Below are positions 58,601 through 64,000 of a stretch of DNA of 64,000 nucleotides, one piece after another. Under the pieces are notes generated by a model. It was not told the origin of the DNA. It saw only the letters and a program-made list of their open reading frames with translations, and searched no databases. Each line of letters begins with the position of its first letter. The stretch's first letter is position 1. The DNA is from Vulcanimicrobiota bacterium (GTDB taxonomy: Bacteria; Vulcanimicrobiota; Vulcanimicrobiia; Vulcanimicrobiales; Vulcanimicrobiaceae), in the NCBI GenBank assembly GCA_963777315.1, contig CAVZQC010000004.1, positions 832,001-896,000 on the forward strand, read 5' to 3'. The position numbers were made by a program, and so were the translations under genes.

Positions 58601-58695
58601 TACGCGTCGCTGAAATGCACGTCCCCACGCACTGCGGCGCGGAGGTCGCGTTCGAGCGAACGAACGTCGATCTCGGGTTCGATGACCTCGATCAC
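55615..58695 (-). CDS. FAD-binding and Fe-S/CCG-domain oxidoreductase (GlcD/GlcF-type fusion)
   Basis: PRGGGTS, SGEHGDG, CVGAGVC, CLACKGCKHECP, CCGRP, CCGMAG. Confidence 0.9.
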   Translation of the reverse strand: MIEVIEPEIDVRSLERDLRAAVRGDVHFSDAYRAMYSTDAANYRQVPICVVLPKDADDAQRAMAVAHRYGVPATPRGGGTSLTGASCNVAMIFDYSKYMNHILEIDLENRRARVEPGVVLDDLRHAAQKHGLTFGPAPSTHNRCNIGGMFGNNACGIPAQFAGRMEENVEQAEVLLHDGTRLCVGSTSEREREAIVREGGRKADIYAKLAQIHEKYQALVREKFPQIPRRVSGYNLEQLSPQSGFNVARALVGTEGTCVHVLELTLVLVPNPKTTAVTLLGFEDIAAAGDHVAFCNAYMPHAIEGMDETLFQHMHEKGKNPHQQEELFPDGRAWLVIQFGGDTKDEVEAKGRKLIDDIKKHSDKVKGADVTSDPHTMEEIFQTREAGLGVNAKIPNEPEFYPGWEDAAVAPEHLGDYLRDFQHKMQEYGYFASIYGHFGQGCVHCRINFDLFTKDGIAKYRKFVTEMAHIVVKYEGSISGEHGDGQIRAELLPIMFGDDLVQAFWEFKTAFDPENKMNPGKVVRPYPIDAHLRWGVNYQPWDPPTKFALGEDHHSFAYAANRCVGAGVCRKHDKGTMCPSYMVTKEEKYSTRGRARLLFEMLQGNPMKHGWKDETVKESLEYCLACKGCKHECPVNVDMATYKAEFLFHYFKGKVRPLHMWLFGYMFWWAKLAALAPGVANFFTQAPPFSTIAKKLGSIAPEREIPMFAGRTFRQWFKNRPRRPAQPSRGFDNRVLLWTDTWNEHFHPQTAQAAVEVLEDAGYEVLVPPNQICCGRPLYDYGLLDQAKRQLQAILADLRPLIRQGVPVVGLEPSCLSVFKDEMQNMLGNDQDAHRLSQQCYMFETFLNKKAEQQLQYKPPKLRRRAVVHEHCHKKSLLDPMAETHVFEQMDLQYEQLNSGCCGMAGAFGFEESHYDMSVKCGERVLLPKVREAKPQTIVVADGFSCREQIMQTTKRQALHPAEVMKIALDDRGFDRDDAYPELRFMPDHRAKRRKVIAQGYAVLAVAAAAAVTATYGVVLLRRGLL

Positions 58696-59810
58696 AGCGC
58701 GTACCTCTGCGCGTCTTGGCGCTTGAAGTCCAGGCCGATGCCGGGCCGCTCGAGATCCGGCGCTAGGCAGCCGTCCTTGGGATCCGGCGTTCCGTCGAAA
58801 AACATCCGTTCGATGCGCACGTGGTCGTAAAAGTACTCGACGTGGCGAAGCATCTTTGCCGCGCTCGCCGCGGGCAGCGTCACGTACGGGGCGCAGTGAC
58901 TCGAGAGCGGCATCATGTGCGCTTCGCACAGTCCGTCGACGGCAATGAACCCGCTGTAACCCCCGCATCGCGTGACGTCGGCCTGCAACACGTCCGCAGC
59001 CTGCGCGGCGATGATTTGCGCGAAATTGTACGGCGCAAAACCGTATTCGCCGTTGCTGATCTCCATGACCGCAGGCGCGTGTTCGCGCACCATGCAATTG
59101 CCTTCCAAATCGTTATGGTAGACCGGTTCCTCGTACCAGCAGACATTTTGCTCGGCGAAGAGGGCGGCCATCTCCAGCGCCTGTTTGCGCGCGTAGGCGC
59201 CGTTTGCGTCGACGAAGAGCTGCGCGCCGCTTCCGATCGCTTTGCGAGCGGCCGCTACGCGCTTGCCATCCTGCTCGGGTTCGCGTCCGATTTTCATCTT
59301 GACCCGCGGAATCTTCATCGCGTGCACCCAATGGCCGAGCTGTTCGCCAAGCTGCGCGATGCCGTACGATGTGAATCCGCCGCTGCCGTACACCGGCGTG
59401 CGGCTGCGCGCTGCCCCCAGCAGCACGCTCACGGGCGCTTCGAGTATGCGTCCCTTGAGGTCCCACAGCGCGATGTCGACCGCGGATATCGCCATCGACG
59501 TGATGCCTTCGCGCCCGTTGTTGCGTATTTTCGCGTACATGTCGGCATAGCGGGCGGCGGTTTGCAGCGCGTCGCGATGCAGGATCGCATCGCGCAGCAC
59601 ATCGGCGATAACTGCGGCGGCGGCGGCGTCCGCGTACGTGTAGCCGATGCCTTTCTTTCCGGCCGCCGCGACCTCGACGAGCACCATCGTCGTCGAGGTC
59701 CACTCGAGCGTGCCGTCCGATTCCTCCGGTTCTTGGGTCGGTATCTTGTACGCTTGCACGTCGATCGCTTCGATCGGACACTCCGCTCGAACCGCACCGG
59801 CGACGGGCAT
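58692..59810 (-). CDS. enolase-superfamily enzyme (mandelate racemase/muconate lactonizing family)
   Basis: SAVDIALWDL, KMK, VDANG, YEEP, GEY, SSHC. Confidence 0.88.
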   Translation of the reverse strand: MPVAGAVRAECPIEAIDVQAYKIPTQEPEESDGTLEWTSTTMVLVEVAAAGKKGIGYTYADAAAAAVIADVLRDAILHRDALQTAARYADMYAKIRNNGREGITSMAISAVDIALWDLKGRILEAPVSVLLGAARSRTPVYGSGGFTSYGIAQLGEQLGHWVHAMKIPRVKMKIGREPEQDGKRVAAARKAIGSGAQLFVDANGAYARKQALEMAALFAEQNVCWYEEPVYHNDLEGNCMVREHAPAVMEISNGEYGFAPYNFAQIIAAQAADVLQADVTRCGGYSGFIAVDGLCEAHMMPLSSHCAPYVTLPAASAAKMLRHVEYFYDHVRIERMFFDGTPDPKDGCLAPDLERPGIGLDFKRQDAQRYAL

Positions 59811-59811
59811 G

Positions 59812-61615
59812 CTATTCGCCCCTCTTTACGTGCTCTTCCGTCTTGTGCGGAATGACGCCGGCGAAGATTTGCTTGATCGACTCTTTGAGCATGCCGCCTT
59901 CTTGCGGGTCGCCTTGACGCGCGGCATTGAGGAAGTTTTCCGCCTGCTTCATCGAGATGTGCGGAGGCAGAGTGGCGACGTTGCCCGACGTGACGGCTTC
60001 GAACACCACCGGACGATCCGCGCTCAGCGCGTCGCGCCAGCCCCGTTCGACGTCCTCGGGCGATTTGACGCGAATGCCTTTGAAGCCCAAGGATTCCCCG
60101 AACGCGGCGTACGGAAAGTCCGGCAGCTGCTGGGTGCTCACGTTTTCGGGATTACCCGAAAGGATGCGCATCTCCCAAGTCACCTGGTTCAGATCCTGAT
60201 TGTTGAGCACCAAGAAAATGATCCGCGGATCGCTCCAGGTCTTCCAATACTTCTTGACCGTGAGCATCTCGTTCATCCCGTTCATTTGGAACGCGCCGTC
60301 GCCGGGCAACGCGATCACCACGCGATCCGGAAAGGCGAACTTCGCGCCGATCGCATAGGGGACCGCCGAACCCATCGTGGCCAGCGTGCCCGACAGCGAG
60401 ATCTTCATGCCGCGGCGCACCATGATGTGCCGGCCCAGCCAATTCGTCGGCGTTCCGGCATCGCCGGTGAGGATTGCGTTGGCGGGAACTTGATCGTTCA
60501 GCTCGGCGAACAGCAGACTGCGGATTGAGCGGGTCGGCGCTCTGATGCGCGCGCTCGCGCTCGACTTCGTACCACTCGTCCTTATTCTTTTTGATGCTCT
60601 GCCGCCACGAACCATCGTCCTTTTGGTTCAAATGCGGCAGCAGCGCGGACAGCGTGTCGGCCGCGTCGCCGATCAGGTTGACGTTGGTGGGATAGCGCAG
60701 CCCGATAAAACGCGGATCGATGTCGATCTGAACCGCCGGCACGGAGCCGTCTTTGGGCAGAAACTCCGCGTACGGGAAATTGGTTCCGACCATCAGCAGC
60801 GCGTCGCACTCGTTCATGATGTCCGAGCTGGGCCGCGTGCCCAACAGGCCGATCGTTCCGGTCACCCAGGGCAGGTCGTCGGGGAGCACGTCTTTGCCCA
60901 GCAGCGCCTTGGCGCAGCATGCCTGCAATTTGTCCGCAACGGCGACGATCTCGTCGGCTGCATTCTTCGACCCGGCGCCGACGATCATCGCGATCTTCGT
61001 TTGACCGTTGAGAATCTCGGCGGCGCGCTGCAAATCGTGCAGGCGCGGGATGATCATCGGCGCAGAATACCCAACGCCGCTGTGAATCGTGTTGTGCTTG
61101 CGGGCCGGCTCGGAGAAATCTTCTTCCTGCAGGTCTTTGGGAAAGATGACGGTCGCTACGCCGCGCATTCCCATTGCGACGCGGCACGCGCGATCGACGA
61201 TGTGCCTGGTGGAGCTCGGATTCATGATCGTGGCGTTGTAGTCGCTCACGTCCTTGAAGAGCGTCTGCAGATCGACTTCCTGCTGATACGAGCCGCCCAT
61301 CGCAGTCGTTGCCGCTTGGCCGACGATCGCCAGCACCGGGGCGTGATCGCCTTTGGCATCGTACAGACCGTTGAGCAGATGAATTGCGCCCGGCCCGGAA
61401 GTGGCCATGCAAACGCCCAGTTCGCCGGTGAACTTGGCATGCGCGCACGCCATGAACGCGGCCATTTCTTCGTGTCTGGCTTGGATGAACTGAATCTTGT
61501 CCGTAAAATCTTCCAGCGCTCCCAACATTCCGTTGATGCCGTCGCCGGGGTACCCATAGATGCGCTTTACGCCCCAGTCCACGAGCCGCTGCAGCAAAAA
61601 ATTGCTTGCTTTCAC
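59812..61615 (-). pseudogene. ThDP-dependent enzyme (pyruvate oxidase/PoxB-like), +1 frameshift at 60517
   Basis: YGYPGDG, RHEE, TSGPG, then GDGAFQM..LNN ThDP motif in the second frame; NPQ-(T)-LLFAEL joins the frames. Confidence 0.85.
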
Positions 61616-61719
61616 AGGTTGTTTGTCCGCCTTTTACTGAGAGATATCTTCAGTCTTACCACGGGCGGTTGTACAGCAAACGACGCCCGGCGAGCGAGCG
61701 CGCGCTTCAGGTGAGGCGG

Positions 61720-62508
61720 CTACTGCGTCGAACCGATGCGGCGAATCAGCAGCACGAGCAGTCCGATGCCGAAGGCCCACGTGACGAAGCCTTCGGAAAC
61801 GGGCCCCCAGTTTGCCAGCTGCATGCCGCCCGGATTATATTTGGCGCGCTGCAGGTAGCGGATGTACGCGATCAGATCGTTCAGATGTGAATCGTCGATG
61901 ATCGCCGGCCCGAAGCGCGGCATCACGTCGGGTCCGGTGCGAACTGCTTCGGCGATTTGCAGCGGATCCGAGTCCATCAAGTCCGGAGCCACGTCGAGAT
62001 AGCCCACGGAATCCCCGCGTCCCGTGGCGGCGTGGCATTGCTGACAGTTTTCTTCATAGACTTCGCGTCCGCTGCGCAGCATGTCGTTCGAGGCGTGCGC
62101 AAGCGTGGGAATCTGCACCGACGGCAGCTTTCTGTTCCCGGAGGAGCGCGACATCACGAACTCGACCAGCGAATCGATCTGTGCCCGGTTGAATGTCGGC
62201 GCTTTCTGGTATTCCTGCTCGAACGGAACCGACGCCGGCATGCGGCCCGTGCGAAGCTGAAAATCCACCGACGCGGCATCCACGTCGATCAGCGGGGGTC
62301 CTTGCGCGGTGCCCTGCTCGTTCAAGCCGTGACAGGATGCGCAGTGCACGTTGAAGATCTGCTCGCCTTGCCGTAGATCCGCAATCGAGGGATGCTCGGC
62401 AAACGTCGGACTGCGCGTCGCGGCGGGCGTAGGGGTAACCAGCACGTTGCCCGAGGAGGGAACGGTCGCGCTCTGCATGAGGACGATCAACGCGTATGCC
62501 GCGATCAC
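61720..62508 (-). CDS. qcrC: diheme cytochrome c subunit of actinobacterial-type cytochrome bc complex
   Basis: CASCH and CQQCH, DFQLRTGRMP, GPVSEG, C-terminal TM. Confidence 0.82.
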   Translation of the reverse strand: MIAAYALIVLMQSATVPSSGNVLVTPTPAATRSPTFAEHPSIADLRQGEQIFNVHCASCHGLNEQGTAQGPPLIDVDAASVDFQLRTGRMPASVPFEQEYQKAPTFNRAQIDSLVEFVMSRSSGNRKLPSVQIPTLAHASNDMLRSGREVYEENCQQCHAATGRGDSVGYLDVAPDLMDSDPLQIAEAVRTGPDVMPRFGPAIIDDSHLNDLIAYIRYLQRAKYNPGGMQLANWGPVSEGFVTWAFGIGLLVLLIRRIGSTQ

Positions 62509-63281
62509 GATTCGGCAGCCGCTCCGCCGCGTTCGGCGATTGCCCACGCCGCAGCCGTAAGCATGAAGGCCGTGAACAGCAAAAAACCGCCCGCGATCCA
62601 CATCACCGCGCCGCCGTTTTGCTGATCGGCCAATGCCAAACCGGGCGTTTGCTCCAGCAGATAATGCGGATAGAGCACTCCGCGCGCGGCGTAGATCGCA
62701 AGGCCCAAGAACGCGCCCTGCGGGATCGCCAAAAAGACGTATAACATCCGCGCCGGGAACGGCACCGGGCGCGGGACGTATCCCACCTGCACGACCACGC
62801 CCCAAAACAAAAACGCAGCCCCCAAAAACAGCACGTGCTCGACCACGTGCACGCCCGGATAGTCGAGTGCCGATTCGTACAGCGGTGAGAAATGCGATCC
62901 CCACAGCACCGCCACCATCGCCAGCCATCCGGTCAGCGGCGCAAAGATCACTTGCCCGAGGCCGCTGTGCGCGAAACCCGTAATGCGCCGGGCGACCCGC
63001 GCGGGCGGCACGGCAACGAGCAGCAGCAGGGGCGCGCCCAAAAGAATCAAGGGCGGCGCGATGAGCAGCAAAGTCACGTGCTGCACCATGTGCGAGGCAA
63101 ACGAACGCTCTGCCAGCGCATCGATCGGCGGCAACAGCGCCAGCGTGAGCAGTGTGACGCCCGCGACATATGCGGCGACGCGCGCAAAAGTAAACGCGCG
63201 ATCCGGAAAGCGTGCGTTATACGTTTTGACGGCCCACAGGTACGCGGCGATCGCGCCCGTGCCCAGCGCGATTGCAATCAC
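62505..63281 (-). CDS. ctaG: cytochrome c oxidase assembly factor (caa3-type CtaG)
   Basis: HMVQH..L..APPLILLG, HVVEH, DQQNGG..MW. Confidence 0.85.
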   Translation of the reverse strand: MIAIALGTGAIAAYLWAVKTYNARFPDRAFTFARVAAYVAGVTLLTLALLPPIDALAERSFASHMVQHVTLLLIAPPLILLGAPLLLLVAVPPARVARRITGFAHSGLGQVIFAPLTGWLAMVAVLWGSHFSPLYESALDYPGVHVVEHVLFLGAAFLFWGVVVQVGYVPRPVPFPARMLYVFLAIPQGAFLGLAIYAARGVLYPHYLLEQTPGLALADQQNGGAVMWIAGGFLLFTAFMLTAAAWAIAERGGAAAES

Positions 63282-64000
63282 AACACCGGCTCCTCTTCGT
63301 AGCCGCCTTCGGGCGTGCGCCGCAGCCGAACCCGCTCGGCTTGGTGCGAGCCGCCGCGGTTTTTCAACTCGGCCGCCATAGCGTAGGCGATCCAGAATCC
63401 GACGACCGGAGCGACTACGCAAAAGAACCGGTAGCCCCACACCATGTCGTTGATCGGAAGGTGCAGATACCGCGCCTGCACGTCGTCGCCTCCGGCCAAA
63501 AACAATCCGAGCATGAACAGGAAAAACGCTACGCCCAGGCCGGTTCGAACCGGCGCGTCGCGCGGCCGGTCCAGCAGATGGTGCTGCTTATGATCTCTGC
63601 GCAGCAGCGCTTCGGCGAACGGATACGCGAACAGCCCAAGCATAATGACGAACGGAAGAACTATGCCGGGCCAGAAGGGCGACGGTATCATGTGTCCGGG
63701 GAAGTGGATCGCCCAGCGTGGACCGATGCGCAGCGCACCCTCCAGCCAGCCGATGTACCAGTCCGGCTGTGCGGGTGAAATCGCTTTCCAGGTTTGATAC
63801 GGTCCCCACAGCCAGATGGGATTGATCTGTACGAATGCCCCCAGCGTGCAGCACACGGCAATAACGCCCATTTGCAGAGCGATCGATTTTGCCGTGTAGT
63901 GCGGGAACAGCGGCGATCCGACGACGTTTTCTTGCGTGCGCCGGGGCCCGGGGAATTGCGTATGCTTTTGGCGCCACAGGATCATCAAGTGCACGGTAAT
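63278..64000 (-). CDS. qcrB: cytochrome b subunit, C-terminal part (runs off window end)
   Basis: QKHTQFPGP, QINPIW..GPY, QPDWYIGWLEGALR, HHLLDRPRD. Confidence 0.9.
   Translation of the reverse strand: MTVHLMILWRQKHTQFPGPRRTQENVVGSPLFPHYTAKSIALQMGVIAVCCTLGAFVQINPIWLWGPYQTWKAISPAQPDWYIGWLEGALRIGPRWAIHFPGHMIPSPFWPGIVLPFVIMLGLFAYPFAEALLRRDHKQHHLLDRPRDAPVRTGLGVAFFLFMLGLFLAGGDDVQARYLHLPINDMVWGYRFFCVVAPVVGFWIAYAMAAELKNRGGSHQAERVRLRRTPEGGYEEEPVL

Noticed and set aside
54232..60517. Programmed ribosomal frameshifting in the glycosidase and ThDP genes
   Set aside because: No slippery heptamer or shared signal; single-base insertion errors explain all cases more simply.

Overview
GC-rich bacterial chromosome segment with about 58 CDS, 6 tRNA genes (Cys-GCA, Gly-CCC, Phe-GAA, Asp-GTC, Val-CAC, Val-GAC) and one intact IS3-family element. 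No rRNA, CRISPR array or integrase is visible. The gene style suggests a soil Terrabacteria lineage, possibly Vulcanimicrobiota/Eremiobacterota; this is an impression, not a result. Housekeeping genes are recG (partial), panE, hemE-hemH-hemY, ispH, thrS and actinobacterial-type qcrB/ctaG/qcrC. Accessory content includes a DUF488/type IB topoisomerase/TPR operon, an AT-richer islet after tRNA-Val holding a GIY-YIG nuclease gene split by the IS3, an Xre-RES toxin-antitoxin pair, a GGDEF-EAL/PP2C pair, a MacAB-like exporter with its two-component system, and an 11-kb ThDP-enzyme/enolase-superfamily/FAD-FeS oxidoreductase/SDR/glycosidase operon. The most interesting signal is absent from the ORF track: a complete minus-strand attenuator-like unit at 17115-17607. 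It comprises a sigma70-type promoter, a strong SD, a 40-aa leader peptide ending CGAC-VS-RGPT, mutually exclusive antiterminator and terminator helices, and a 64-aa unknown protein. Four genes, possibly five, are each broken by a single extra base, which looks like assembly error rather than biology. All calls come from motif reading only; no database searches were run.
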